64,000 bases of DNA from contig CAWJEN010000006.1 of assembly GCA_963841915.1 (NCBI GenBank), positions 608,001 to 672,000 on the forward strand, given 5' to 3'. The notes under the pieces were generated by a model. That model was not told the DNA's origin, made no database searches, and worked only from the letters and a program-made list of their open reading frames with translations. Shown here one piece after another: positions 1 to 9,748 of this stretch. Position numbers and translations under genes: made by a program. The stretch comes from an uncultured Planctomycetota bacterium. GTDB taxonomy: Bacteria; Planctomycetota; Phycisphaerae; Tepidisphaerales; Tepidisphaeraceae. Numbering within the stretch: position 1 is the first letter of the stretch; each line of letters opens with the position of its first letter.

Positions 1-2
1 AC

Positions 3-794
3 GGCGGTGCGGCGGGCGCGGGTGTCTCACCGCTGGCGGTTGAGACGTGGGTGCTCTGGCTCGGCATTGCCGTTGTGGCGACGGCCATCGCAATCGGTCT
101 GGGCAGCCTGGCCGCCCGGGCCGACAAAGGTGCAGCCAGCGACGAATCGACGCTGCCGAAGCTGTTCCGTTTCGCCGCCGCCGCGGCCTGGGCTGCCAGC
201 GCTGCCATCGTCTTCTACTACGTCATTGCCAGCATCCCGACGGACTTGTTCGGCGGGTTCTTCCCCGACACGGTCGCCAGCGGATCGAGCGAATGGAAGG
301 GCCAGGCCTTGCTGTGGGCGTCGTTGACGCTCGCGTTGCTCACGCTGCCGGTTGTGATCGTCGCTACCGAAGAAGCCCTCGCCGCCGTGCCGCGTTCGAT
401 GCGTGAGGGCAGCTACGCGTGCGGGGCGAGCAAGTGGCAAACGATCTTTCGCATCGTCCTGCCGCGGGCGATGCCGGGGATTATGACGGGTGCCATTCTG
501 GCCATTGCCCGCGGGGCCGGCGAGGTCGCGCCGATCATGCTGGTCGGCGCGCTCAAGAACGTCGGCGACCTGCCGTTGAACACTGAGGCGCCGTACGTGC
601 ACCTGGATCAGGCGTTCATGCACCTGGGCTTTCACATCTTCGACCTGGGCTTCCAGAGTCCTGATGCCGAGGCCGCCCGGTCGATGGTCTACACGACGAC
701 GCTGCTGCTCATCGTGATTGTGCTGATGCTGAATCTGACTGCGATCTGGCTGCGTAGCCGCCTGCGTCGCGCGTTCGCCGGTGGTGCTTTTTGA
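3..794 (+). CDS. pstA: Phosphate ABC transporter permease PstA (5' truncated by window edge)
   Basis: Frame open from nt 3; [52 protein letters not shown]-loop signature; directly upstream of pstB. Confidence 0.93.
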   Translation, partial: GGAAGAGVSPLAVETWVLWLGIAVVATAIAIGLGSLAARADKGAASDESTLPKLFRFAAAAAWAASAAIVFYYVIASIPTDLFGGFFPDTVASGSSEWKGQALLWASLTLALLTLPVVIVATEEALAAVPRSMREGSYACGASKWQTIFRIVLPRAMPGIMTGAILAIARGAGEVAPIMLVGALKNVGDLPLNTEAPYVHLDQAFMHLGFHIFDLGFQSPDAEAARSMVYTTTLLLIVIVLMLNLTAIWLRSRLRRAFAGGAF

Positions 795-805
795 AGGAGA
801 TCCGT

Positions 806-1723
806 ATGACTCAACTCATGTCCGCAGACGTTCAGCTTCGCCCCAGCAACGGGCAGTTCCGATCCAACCGGGTCTGGCCGCAACCGGCGGATAAAGGCCC
901 GACGGTGCAGGACGCTATCGCCGCCGGAGGCAACTACGCGACGAACGTGCACCCTGAGCTCGCCAGCGAGGACAGCGTTGTCGACGTGACCGACTTCAAG
1001 CTCCACTACGGTCAGAAGCAGGCGTTGTGGGACATCAACATGAAGTTCCCACGAGGCAAAGTCACCGCACTCATCGGCCCTTCGGGTTGCGGCAAATCGA
1101 CGCTCCTCCGCAGCATCAACCGCCTCAACGACCTCATCGATACGGTCAAGATCGATGGCAACATGCTCATTAACGGCGACCCCATCTATGCCAAGAATGT
1201 CGACGTCATCGAGCTGCGCAAACGCATGGGCATGGTCTTCCAGAAGTCCAACCCGTTCCCGATGAGCATCTTCGAGAACGTCGTCTTCTCCCTCCGCATC
1301 GATGGCGAACGGAACAAGAAGGTCCTCCGCGCCGCCTGCGAGCAATCACTCCGCGGGGCGGCGCTGTGGGACGAGGTCAAGGACCGGCTCGACGAATCGG
1401 CCCTTGGCCTGTCGGGTGGTCAGCAGCAACGACTGTGCATCGCCCGGGCCATCGCTGCCGAGCCGGAGGTGCTGCTGATGGACGAGCCGTGCAGCGCGCT
1501 TGACCCGATCGCCACCGGCAAGATCGAAGAACTCATTGCCAACTTGCGAGGCCGGTACACCGTCATCATCGTCACGCACAACATGCAGCAGGCGACCCGC
1601 TGCAGCGACTACACCGCCTTCATGTACCTCGGCCGCCTCATCGAGTATGGGCCGACGGCGACCATTTTCCAAAACCCGCACCTACGCGAGACCGAGGACT
1701 ACGTCACCGGCCGCTTCGGCTGA
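806..1723 (+). CDS. pstB: Phosphate ABC transporter ATP-binding protein PstB
   Basis: GPSGCGKST Walker [41 protein letters not shown]-terminal YVTGRFG; AAGGAG before ATG 806. Confidence 0.96.
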   Translation: MTQLMSADVQLRPSNGQFRSNRVWPQPADKGPTVQDAIAAGGNYATNVHPELASEDSVVDVTDFKLHYGQKQALWDINMKFPRGKVTALIGPSGCGKSTLLRSINRLNDLIDTVKIDGNMLINGDPIYAKNVDVIELRKRMGMVFQKSNPFPMSIFENVVFSLRIDGERNKKVLRAACEQSLRGAALWDEVKDRLDESALGLSGGQQQRLCIARAIAAEPEVLLMDEPCSALDPIATGKIEELIANLRGRYTVIIVTHNMQQATRCSDYTAFMYLGRLIEYGPTATIFQNPHLRETEDYVTGRFG

Positions 1724-2769
1724 TACGGCATTGCGTCAAAGCGGTCGCCCGGCGTGCCGTCGTCGCTAATCTCGATGAGCGGCTTGCTGAAGGCGATGTG
1801 CTGTTGCACGTCGAGTCGCGCCTGCGGATCGGCAGGCAGGTCGAGGCGATGGCCGTCGGCGCTGTGCCACTCGTTCGACACATTGGGCCGCCAGGCATCA
1901 GCGGTGCTCAGTCGCGGCAGAACAGCGGGGCGAAGATCTCGCCGCACGAAAAACGCGTTGAGCCCGGCATGTCCGCAGCCGACGAGGTCGTATCCCTTTG
2001 CGGATCCCAGTCGCTCCAGCGCGGCCAACGACGCTCCGAAGTAAAAGAGAGACGCGTCGGCCTCTGCTCTGTGGAACGTCGGGTCGTACGGCACCGTCAC
2101 CGCCGCCGTGGGGCCGAATCGCGCGTTGTATTCAGCCACGACGATGGCCGGCTGAACGCAGTCGATCGCCCGCCAGATCCACCAGTCGACGCCGTCAACG
2201 TCGATGCTGAGCAAGCCGAGGTCGCCCGCAAAGCCGTTGTCGGTAATGAGCTTGTTGATGTTCTCGGCCGTGACGAAGGATTGCACAGCCGTCAGGTCGA
2301 AGACGTAGTGCGGCCGCCTGGCCCTGATCGATTCGATGTGCTGTTTGCTGCCATCAATGACGAGGCCGGACCACGGCCCGACGTCACTGCCGGCGGCGAG
2401 CCATCTGCAGTTGGCCTCGTGAAAGCTCTCGACGCCGAACTCGACAAAGCGACGCGTCTGAACCGGTACGTGGCGGAGCAGATGCCGCAGGATTCCGTCT
2501 TCGCCGTACTGACTGAACGCGCGGAAGCCATAGTCGGCTATGGGTTGATCTTGAGGGACGGCTGCGAGCTGCCGCGCTTCGACGCGACCGATCGCTTCAC
2601 GCAACACCTCGACCTCGCGGCGGAGCATGGCCACCTCGTAGAGCGTCTGCCCTGTATCTTTGGCCTCGAGTCGCTGGCGAGCGAGGGCGGTCGCTGAACG
2701 AATTTTGCCGAGAAAGCTGCTCAAAACGAGTGATCCAACGATGTCAGAAGATCCTGCGACATCATACAT
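1699..2769 (-). CDS. FkbM-like / class I SAM methyltransferase-like protein (surface glycan modification)
   Basis: [48 protein letters not shown] motifs; only the 3' half of the 754-aa ORF is real; start uncertain (2769 or 2724). Confidence 0.7.
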   Translation of the reverse strand: MYDVAGSSDIVGSLVLSSFLGKIRSATALARQRLEAKDTGQTLYEVAMLRREVEVLREAIGRVEARQLAAVPQDQPIADYGFRAFSQYGEDGILRHLLRHVPVQTRRFVEFGVESFHEANCRWLAAGSDVGPWSGLVIDGSKQHIESIRARRPHYVFDLTAVQSFVTAENINKLITDNGFAGDLGLLSIDVDGVDWWIWRAIDCVQPAIVVAEYNARFGPTAAVTVPYDPTFHRAEADASLFYFGASLAALERLGSAKGYDLVGCGHAGLNAFFVRRDLRPAVLPRLSTADAWRPNVSNEWHSADGHRLDLPADPQARLDVQQHIAFSKPLIEISDDGTPGDRFDAMPYQPKRPVT

Positions 2770-2816
2770 CGTAGGGAGCAGCGCGCCCGCGACCGGCGAT
2801 AGCTGTGCAGTGCGCG

Positions 2817-4049
2817 TCAAATCCGGATGTAGAGCTTCCGCCGGTGCATCCAGAGGAGCAGGAGCCACCAAAGCGTGAGCCAAAGCACCGGCCAAGCGAG
2901 GCCGCCGACGATGGAGGAGCTTGATCCGTATGCCACCCACGCGATGAAGCCGCTGGCGAGATTGGCCGTGTCGCCCGTGGGCGTGTGGATGCTCCAGCGT
3001 GAGATGATCGTCTTGAAGACGAGCTCGCTGCCGACGTAGAGCACGATCGCGTTGAGGCCGAAGACGCGCAGGAAGTCGAGCGACGTCAGCCTTTTGGCGT
3101 CGCAGATGAACCAGAGCGTCGCCAGGCAGATCAGACCGACGCCGGCGCTGAGCAGGCAGTAGGGCACGCTGAAGAACCACTTGCTGGCCGGTACGGTCAG
3201 GCGGCTCAGCAGTCCGCCACCGGCCGGGCCATAGCCCCACGACATCGCCTGGCTCAGTGCGACGAGTAGGACGCCTATCGCCAAGAGTCCGCCGAGTTTG
3301 CGGCCGGTCGAGCCTCCACCGGCAAGGAAGAGGCTCGCCCACCCGCCGGCCATGGCAATGCCGGCAGCAGGCAGCGCCTGTTGAAATCCGCCGAACCAGC
3401 CGAGCCCGCTGTTGAGCCATCCCTTGACGCCGTGGAAGTGCTGCCAGGTTCCGACGCCACCGACCGACTCGGCGGCAGCGCCGGCGGCTCCGAGCTCGGC
3501 CACCGTGTCGTATGGCACGAGCGTCATCAAGCCCCATTTCACCAGCAAAGTGACGCTGACGCCCGTCACCTGCGCCCATCGCGGCAGCAGGAACAGAGCA
3601 ACGCAAACGACATACGCCGCCCCGATGAGCTGCAGGATGTTCCAGCTCAACAGATCGGCCCAAACGAGCGGCCGGGTGTGGGCCGAGCCGGCGACAGTCA
3701 GGAGGACACCGAGCAGGTAGATGATCGTGCCGCGTCGCAACGCCGATAGCATTGTCCGCCAAGCCGGGCGATCCCGGCCGCGACCAAACCGCAGCGACAG
3801 CGGCACACTCGCCCCGGCGGCAAACAGGAACAGCGGAAACACCAGGTCGGCCGCCGTCGCCCCTTGCAACGGGTCGTTGAACGGCACGTGAAACCACTGC
3901 TTGTGCAACCCCTCGAGCGACGTGTCGTTGAACAGCTTCGGGTCGAAGGTGTGGTTGACCCAAACCATCAGCGCGATCGTCGCCCCGCGCAGCACGTCGA
4001 GCGACACGAGGCGGCTAGGTGCCTGAGGTTTAGGCTCTAGATCGCTCAT
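2817..4049 (-). CDS. Heparan-alpha-glucosaminide N-acetyltransferase-like (DUF5009/NagX-type) membrane acyltransferase
   Basis: RLVSLDVLRGATIALM, ADLVFPLFLFAAG, GLNAIVLYVG, RRKLYIRI; many TM helices. Confidence 0.85.
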   Translation of the reverse strand: MSDLEPKPQAPSRLVSLDVLRGATIALMVWVNHTFDPKLFNDTSLEGLHKQWFHVPFNDPLQGATAADLVFPLFLFAAGASVPLSLRFGRGRDRPAWRTMLSALRRGTIIYLLGVLLTVAGSAHTRPLVWADLLSWNILQLIGAAYVVCVALFLLPRWAQVTGVSVTLLVKWGLMTLVPYDTVAELGAAGAAAESVGGVGTWQHFHGVKGWLNSGLGWFGGFQQALPAAGIAMAGGWASLFLAGGGSTGRKLGGLLAIGVLLVALSQAMSWGYGPAGGGLLSRLTVPASKWFFSVPYCLLSAGVGLICLATLWFICDAKRLTSLDFLRVFGLNAIVLYVGSELVFKTIISRWSIHTPTGDTANLASGFIAWVAYGSSSSIVGGLAWPVLWLTLWWLLLLWMHRRKLYIRI

Positions 4050-4672
4050 GGCTGCTCGACCATCCGCTCGAACAGGTACGGCCCGGCCTCTGCGCCCCAG
4101 ACCTGCTCGCCGTCCGCGCTGAATCCGCGGTCCCAGCTTTGGAGTTGATCGCGATTCAGCGTGACCTCGCTGGTGGCGTACGAAGCGCCGCCGAGGGTCG
4201 AGGCGCAGCCCTTACCCTCGGTACCGCCGACGAACGACTGGCCCTCTTGTGTCAGGTAGACGCCGCACCCGTCGCGGAGCGTCAGGTCGTCAGGCGACAG
4301 CTCATCAAACTTCTCCACAGCGCGGTAAGCACCGGCATAGGCGAGCGGGTCTCCGGGCAATGTGTAGACATAGCTCACGACCCGGCCGTCCTCGGTGGCA
4401 GCGACGCGGTAGATCCGCTGGCGGTACGGCCGCTCTACAGCACGGGCGGCTGCCTGCTCGACGTACAGCCACGGGCCATCGTCGCGTCCCTGCCAGATTG
4501 GGCGAACGTGCAACTCGATGGCGAAATACCGGTCGTCAGCCTCAGCCTGGGCACTGCTCGTGAAGTCGCCGGTGAGGTAAGTAGCCGCGGTGGCGACTAC
4601 TCGAGACGGGCCGGCGGCCGGCTGTGGTGACGGGGTGAGCAGGCAGACCGCGAGGAGGGCAGCGAGAAGCAT
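4046..4672 (-). CDS. CpcT/CpeT-family (chromophore lyase-like) secreted protein
   Basis: WLYVEQA..RPYRQRIY, GCGVYL, YATSEV..SWDRGF..QVWG motifs; N-terminal signal peptide; TACAAT 6 nt before ATG 4672. Confidence 0.85.
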   Translation of the reverse strand: MLLAALLAVCLLTPSPQPAAGPSRVVATAATYLTGDFTSSAQAEADDRYFAIELHVRPIWQGRDDGPWLYVEQAAARAVERPYRQRIYRVAATEDGRVVSYVYTLPGDPLAYAGAYRAVEKFDELSPDDLTLRDGCGVYLTQEGQSFVGGTEGKGCASTLGGASYATSEVTLNRDQLQSWDRGFSADGEQVWGAEAGPYLFERMVEQP

Positions 4673-4811
4673 GCAGCCATTGTAAATGATTGTCGTGGTA
4701 AGCGAAGCGGTCAGCAACGCCAGCCACACCCGTGCCTCAATCTCGCCGTTGATGTAGATTGTCTCGGATGTGACCTTGCAAAGAGTTAGGGTGGCAAGCG
4801 ATTGCACCACT

Positions 4812-5642
4812 ATGACTCAGCCATCAGCCACAGGCATCCGCCGCCCCGTCACCCGCTCCGCTGCCGTTGACGAAGCAGGCCCTGGGCTGCTGAAGCAGAT
4901 GCTGTTGCCTGTCCGCCAGGGCCTCCGATCGCTTGGCGTCGACGTGAAGCGGTATCAGGAGTCAGGGCCGGTGATGCGGCAACTCGATCCGGCAAGGGTG
5001 CCGGATGCGGACATGTATCAGCCGCACTTTCAGCCGTGGCTGTCGGACGTTTTTCAGGACATCTACGCGGGCATCAACCAGCACACGATCGTCAGCATCG
5101 ACCGGTGCTATTTGCTGGCGTCGTTGTGTGAGCAGGTGCTGGCGGGCGGCACCGACGGCGAGATCTGGGAGCGCGGCGTCTACCGCGGTGGGACGGGCAA
5201 GCTGCTCGCCGAGACCATTGCCGCGTCAGGGTCGCCGGTCACGCTTCGGCTGTTCGACACGTATGAGGGCATGCCGGAGACGGACGCGCAGCGTGACCTG
5301 CACAAGGCCGGCGATTTTGCCGACACCTCTGCCGAGGCCGTGGGTGCGCTGGTGCCGCAGGATTTCGTGTCGCTGCACAAAGGCTTCGTGCCCGACACGT
5401 TCTCGGGGCTGGAGGCGTCGAAAGTTGCGATGATTCACATTGATCTCGACATCTATCAGGGCGTGCTCGACGCAACGGCATTCGCCTACGACAGGCTGGT
5501 GCCGGGCGGATTTATCATTTACGACGACTACGGCCAGCCGTACACGCCCGGTGCCCGCAAGGCGGTCGACGAGTTCTTTGCGGGCAAGCCCGAGTCGCCG
5601 ATCACGCTCTGGTCGGGTCAGGCGATGATCGTCAAACAGTGA
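4812..5642 (+). CDS. TylF/MycF/NovP-family O-methyltransferase
   Basis: ERGVYRGG, LFDTYEGMP, KGFVPDTF, HIDLDIY, GGFIIYDDYG, GARKAVDEF. Confidence 0.88.
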   Translation: MTQPSATGIRRPVTRSAAVDEAGPGLLKQMLLPVRQGLRSLGVDVKRYQESGPVMRQLDPARVPDADMYQPHFQPWLSDVFQDIYAGINQHTIVSIDRCYLLASLCEQVLAGGTDGEIWERGVYRGGTGKLLAETIAASGSPVTLRLFDTYEGMPETDAQRDLHKAGDFADTSAEAVGALVPQDFVSLHKGFVPDTFSGLEASKVAMIHIDLDIYQGVLDATAFAYDRLVPGGFIIYDDYGQPYTPGARKAVDEFFAGKPESPITLWSGQAMIVKQ

Positions 5643-5667
5643 GTTGCCGTCGCCCTATGGTGCGTCG

Positions 5668-7212
5668 ATGGGTAAGCCGACAGGATTCAAGGAAATTGCG
5701 CGAGAGACCCGGCCACGCCGCGAGGTGAACCTGCGCGTCAGCGACTGGCAGGAGATCTATTTGCCGCTCTCGGAGGAAAAACTTCGGAATCAGGGCGCAC
5801 GTTGTATGGACTGCGGCGTGCCGTTCTGCAACCACGGCTGTCCGCTGGGCAATCAGATACCTGACTGGAACGACCTCGTCTACCGCGGCAGGTGGTTCGA
5901 GGCGTACCAGTCGCTCATCCGCACGAACAACTTTCCGGAGTTCACCGGCCGCATCTGTCCGGCACCATGCGAAGAAGCGTGCGTGCTCAGCCTCAACGAC
6001 CGGCCGGTCACGATCAAGAGCATTGAGCAGGCCATTGCCGACCGGGCGTTCGAAGAAGGCTGGGTCGTCGCAGAACCGCCCAGCGAGCGGACGGGCAAGA
6101 AGGTCGCCGTCGTCGGTAGCGGCCCGGCAGGTATGGCGGCGGCGCAGCAACTGAATCGTGCCGGTCACGAGGTCGTCGTCTTCGAACGCGACGACCGCGC
6201 AGGCGGGCTGATGATCTACGGCATCCCCGATTTCAAGATCAACAAAAGCGTCGTCGACCGTCGCGTTCGCATCCTCGAAGAAGAAGGCATCGAGTTCCGG
6301 TGCGGCGTCAACGTCGGCCTGGACGTCACGACCGAAGAGCTTCGCGAGGAGTTCGACGCAATCATCCTGTGCAACGGCGCGACGAAAGCACGCGACGTCA
6401 ACACTCCCGGCCGCGATCTCAACGGCATCCACTACGCGATGACGTACCTGCCGCAGCAGACGCGGTTGAACATGGACGCGATCAACGCGGTTGCCGACGA
6501 AGACGGTGACGGGGCGGCAATCGGGCGACTCGGTAACACCGTGGGCGAGCAGATCTTCGCCGAGCAGCAGATCGATGCCAAGGACAAGCACGTCGTCATC
6601 ATCGGTGGCGGTGACACAGCGGCCGACTGCCTCGGCACCGCGCTTCGTCAAGGTGCCAAGAGCATCCGCCAGTTCGACATCAACGCCCAGCCGCCCGGTG
6701 AACGGGATCCAATGACCACCTGGCCGAATTGGCCAATGGTGCTGCGAACTAGTGCTGCCCACGAGGAAGGCGTCGACGTGTACGGCCGCGACTTACGGGA
6801 CTTTGCCGTTCTGACCAAGTCGTTCCTCGGTGACGGCGAGGGCAACGTCCGCGCGATCGAGGGCGTGCGCATCGAGAGCCACAAGGACGAGCAGGGCGTT
6901 CGGCACGTGAGCGAGTTGCCGGACGGCGCATTTGAGTTGCCGTGCGATCTGTGCCTGCTGGCCATCGGTTTCACCGGCCCCGATCCGGTCGGCCCGATCA
7001 GCGACCTTGACCTGAAGCTCACCAAACGCGGTGCGGTCGACGTCGGTCAGGATTACATGACCAGCTGCGAAGGCGTTTTCGCCGCCGGCGACGCAAGGCG
7101 CGGTCAAAGCCTCGTCGTCTGGGCGATCAGCGAAGGACGCCAAGCAGCACGGAGCTGCGACGAATGGCTGATGGGCTACAGCGATCTGCCGGAACTGCCG
7201 CTGGAGTTGTAG
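5668..7212 (+). CDS. gltD: Glutamate synthase small (beta) subunit
   Basis: MGKPTGF start, RCMDCGVPFC..GCPLGN, NNFPEFTGRICPAPCE, GSGPAG, AAGDARRGQSLVVWAISEGR. Confidence 0.95.
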   Translation: MGKPTGFKEIARETRPRREVNLRVSDWQEIYLPLSEEKLRNQGARCMDCGVPFCNHGCPLGNQIPDWNDLVYRGRWFEAYQSLIRTNNFPEFTGRICPAPCEEACVLSLNDRPVTIKSIEQAIADRAFEEGWVVAEPPSERTGKKVAVVGSGPAGMAAAQQLNRAGHEVVVFERDDRAGGLMIYGIPDFKINKSVVDRRVRILEEEGIEFRCGVNVGLDVTTEELREEFDAIILCNGATKARDVNTPGRDLNGIHYAMTYLPQQTRLNMDAINAVADEDGDGAAIGRLGNTVGEQIFAEQQIDAKDKHVVIIGGGDTAADCLGTALRQGAKSIRQFDINAQPPGERDPMTTWPNWPMVLRTSAAHEEGVDVYGRDLRDFAVLTKSFLGDGEGNVRAIEGVRIESHKDEQGVRHVSELPDGAFELPCDLCLLAIGFTGPDPVGPISDLDLKLTKRGAVDVGQDYMTSCEGVFAAGDARRGQSLVVWAISEGRQAARSCDEWLMGYSDLPELPLEL

Positions 7213-7296
7213 GAGGTGGCGATGATCGAAGCGGACGTTGCCGCGTCGAAGCTGACGCGCAGCAGACCGCCCGCGCTTTTGTAGTGGCTGCGACAA

Positions 7297-8778
7297 CTAT
7301 TCGACGACGTTGACGGCTGAGGCGACGCGGTCGATCAGGTCGAGCAGCCGTTCGTCCGTCTGCACGCCGTAGAACAGTTCGCGATCGAAGAGCACCGCCT
7401 CTCGCTCGCGTTGCTGCTCCAGTTCATCGCGGCGGCGGAGCCATTGCTGATAGCGGTCGTCGGTCGCGAGTCGCCTGTGGCGTTCGGCGTGCATGGCGTC
7501 GAAGATCTCGCGGCGGGCGCGGAAGGTGTCGGCGGCGATGATGCTTTTGAGCCAGGCTGCTTTATCGTCACCGAGCACGACATGGCGAAGACGGTGGCCC
7601 TCCTGCTCGATGCACGGCGGGCAGACCCGGTCGGCGGAGGCCGCGTCGGGGTGCACCAGCGTCGCCGTGGCTACCACGAACTGCGGTGGCTCCATGCCAA
7701 AGTAGCTGCGGATCAGGCGATCGAGCACGTCGTCGTAGTGCCCGCCACCGATGCCGTGGATGAACAGGTCGCTGCACATCAACCGCGCGAACATCGTCAG
7801 CGACAACGCCCGCGACGCGAGGCGGACGCGCTGGCGACGCATCGCCATGAGCAGCAGCATCGGCGAATCGGGCAGCGTCAGTCGATCGTTGATGACGAGC
7901 GTGTCGCCGTCGCGTTTCACGGTGGCCCGCTCGCGGACGCCGGTGTCGAGGTCGTCGAACCAGAATGGCAATTCGCCCGTCGTCAGATCCGGCATTGGCC
8001 GATCGGCGTCTGTGATGCCGCGGTCGCTGCGATGCCCGGCAAGCGCCGCGTTGTAGTGCTGCGCAAACCGCTCGGCGTCGCCTGCCACGTGCAGCACCGT
8101 GGCCGCCCAGCCGGGCGACTCAAATAAGCCCGAAGCCATGACCGTCGAATATCGCAGCCCCAGCGACCAGTCGAGCTTGTGGAACGCGTCTGCCATCGCC
8201 GCCGGCAGGTTCATCGGCGACGGGCCGTCCCGTTGGTCGATGAGGTAACGCCGAATGTCGAGCAGAAACGACTCGACGTTCTTCGGCAAGCCATCTGCCG
8301 CGAGCAGCTCGTCCAGATGGGCAGGCGTTGGCGGTTCGAGCTGTCCCGTCCATGCCGCCCCGTGCAGCCGCGGGTCGTCGCTGATCTTGCCAACAAATCC
8401 GGGCCACCTGAGCTTGAGATGCTTCGGCGCGTCCGTGTCGACCGCGACATGCCACGCGCTGCCACCGGCGGCCTCGGCGACGGCATGGATGACCGCATTC
8501 TTCACCCAAACGCCCGGGTGGTGCAGCTCACTCTGGTGTCCCGTCATCACGACCGGACCGTCGCCGGCACCGAGGAAACTACGCATCTCCGTACGCCACT
8601 CGCCCAGCGGGCGGTCGAGCAGCGCGACGAGTGCTGCGTCGAGAGCACGTCGAGTCTCTTTGGCTGTGTCGGCCAGCGATGCGGCGTCGGGCCAGACCAG
8701 CAGGTCGCCGTCAGACTTGGGTGCGATCCACTGGCCGTACGCCTGCCCGTGGTCGCTTGATACAACGTCGTCGACCAC
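7297..8778 (-). CDS. Conserved hypothetical protein, distant BshC-like (putative ligase)
   Basis: VVMTGHQSELHHPGVWVKN, VDTD, DLFIHGIGGGHYD, C-terminal coiled coil ending DRE; motif order resembles BshC. Confidence 0.6.
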   Translation of the reverse strand: MVDDVVSSDHGQAYGQWIAPKSDGDLLVWPDAASLADTAKETRRALDAALVALLDRPLGEWRTEMRSFLGAGDGPVVMTGHQSELHHPGVWVKNAVIHAVAEAAGGSAWHVAVDTDAPKHLKLRWPGFVGKISDDPRLHGAAWTGQLEPPTPAHLDELLAADGLPKNVESFLLDIRRYLIDQRDGPSPMNLPAAMADAFHKLDWSLGLRYSTVMASGLFESPGWAATVLHVAGDAERFAQHYNAALAGHRSDRGITDADRPMPDLTTGELPFWFDDLDTGVRERATVKRDGDTLVINDRLTLPDSPMLLLMAMRRQRVRLASRALSLTMFARLMCSDLFIHGIGGGHYDDVLDRLIRSYFGMEPPQFVVATATLVHPDAASADRVCPPCIEQEGHRLRHVVLGDDKAAWLKSIIAADTFRARREIFDAMHAERHRRLATDDRYQQWLRRRDELEQQREREAVLFDRELFYGVQTDERLLDLIDRVASAVNVVE

Positions 8779-8787
8779 GGCGACAGC

Positions 8788-9678
8788 TTACGGGCAGGGA
8801 ACAGCGGCGGCTTCGGCAAAACCGTCGCGCATCGCGTCGCGTAGTCGCGTGCGGCCGGGTCGGTCATCAAGCTGGTCAATCACGTCCCGCGCCACCGCCG
8901 ACACCGCGTCTCGCAAAGGCGGCAGGTCGAGGCGACACAGCTCGTCGCGCAGCACGTTGAGATAGTGCCGAAGCCGAACCCGCGAATCGTCCAGGTCGTC
9001 ACCGTCTTTCGTCTGCCCAAACGAGCGATCGGCGTCGTTGTAGATGCGTCGCACCGGAATCTCGCGAATCCGCAGCCCGTCGGCGTACGCGCGCGGCCAC
9101 AGCTGCATCGGGAACGCGTAACCCGCTTCGTCAAGGTCCAGCGCACAAGTGGGACCGACGCGGTGGGCTTTAAATCCGCAGAACGTGTCGCTCAGCGTCC
9201 AGCCGAACAAATCGTTGACGGTCGCGGTGAGGATTAGATTGACGAGCCTTCGTTCCGGTGGCGGAAGATCACCACCGGCCGCCTCGGGGCAGTACCGCGT
9301 GCCGCTGATGATGTCGGCATCGTCGTCCTGAATCGCCTCGACGAAGCCCGGGAGGTTGGCCGGGTCGTGCTGCTCGTCGCAGTCCATCGTGATAACCCAG
9401 TCGTACCCGCGGGCGTGTGCCCAGTCGAATGCCGTCATGAGCGCGCCGCCGTACCCGCGGTTGTTGTCGTGACGGACGTGGTGGATGTCACCTGTCTCTG
9501 CTGCCGACTCGAGCAAAGCCGTGGTGCCGTCGGTTGAAGCGTCGTCGACCATCAGCGTGTCGTACGGCACCTCCTCCAACAGCCGCGGCAACAACTTGGC
9601 GGCATGACCGACCTCGTTATGCACCGGGATCGCGACCAGAAGCCGCGGGAGGTCCGTTACGTCAAGAGCACCTGGCAC
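8788..9678 (-). CDS. Glycosyltransferase family 2 (DPM1-like)
   Basis: IPVHNE, VDDASTDGT, NRGYGGAL, TMDCDEQH, DTFCGFKA; GTG 9678 has TAGTGT 7 nt upstream. Confidence 0.9.
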   Translation of the reverse strand: MPGALDVTDLPRLLVAIPVHNEVGHAAKLLPRLLEEVPYDTLMVDDASTDGTTALLESAAETGDIHHVRHDNNRGYGGALMTAFDWAHARGYDWVITMDCDEQHDPANLPGFVEAIQDDDADIISGTRYCPEAAGGDLPPPERRLVNLILTATVNDLFGWTLSDTFCGFKAHRVGPTCALDLDEAGYAFPMQLWPRAYADGLRIREIPVRRIYNDADRSFGQTKDGDDLDDSRVRLRHYLNVLRDELCRLDLPPLRDAVSAVARDVIDQLDDRPGRTRLRDAMRDGFAEAAAVPCP

Positions 9679-9748
9679 AGCTTGAACACTACGCGACGAC
9701 CCGTACATCGGCCAACTGTCAGAAGTATGGCACGTCAAAGCGCCTGGA

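Noticed and set aside
3884..3895. Third parS site (CACGTGAAAC)
   Set aside because: Only a half match, inside a coding region
1699..3963. 754-aa fusion protein
   Set aside because: The N-terminal about 400 aa is an Arg-rich alternate frame overlapping the acyltransferase gene; only the part from about 2769 looks real
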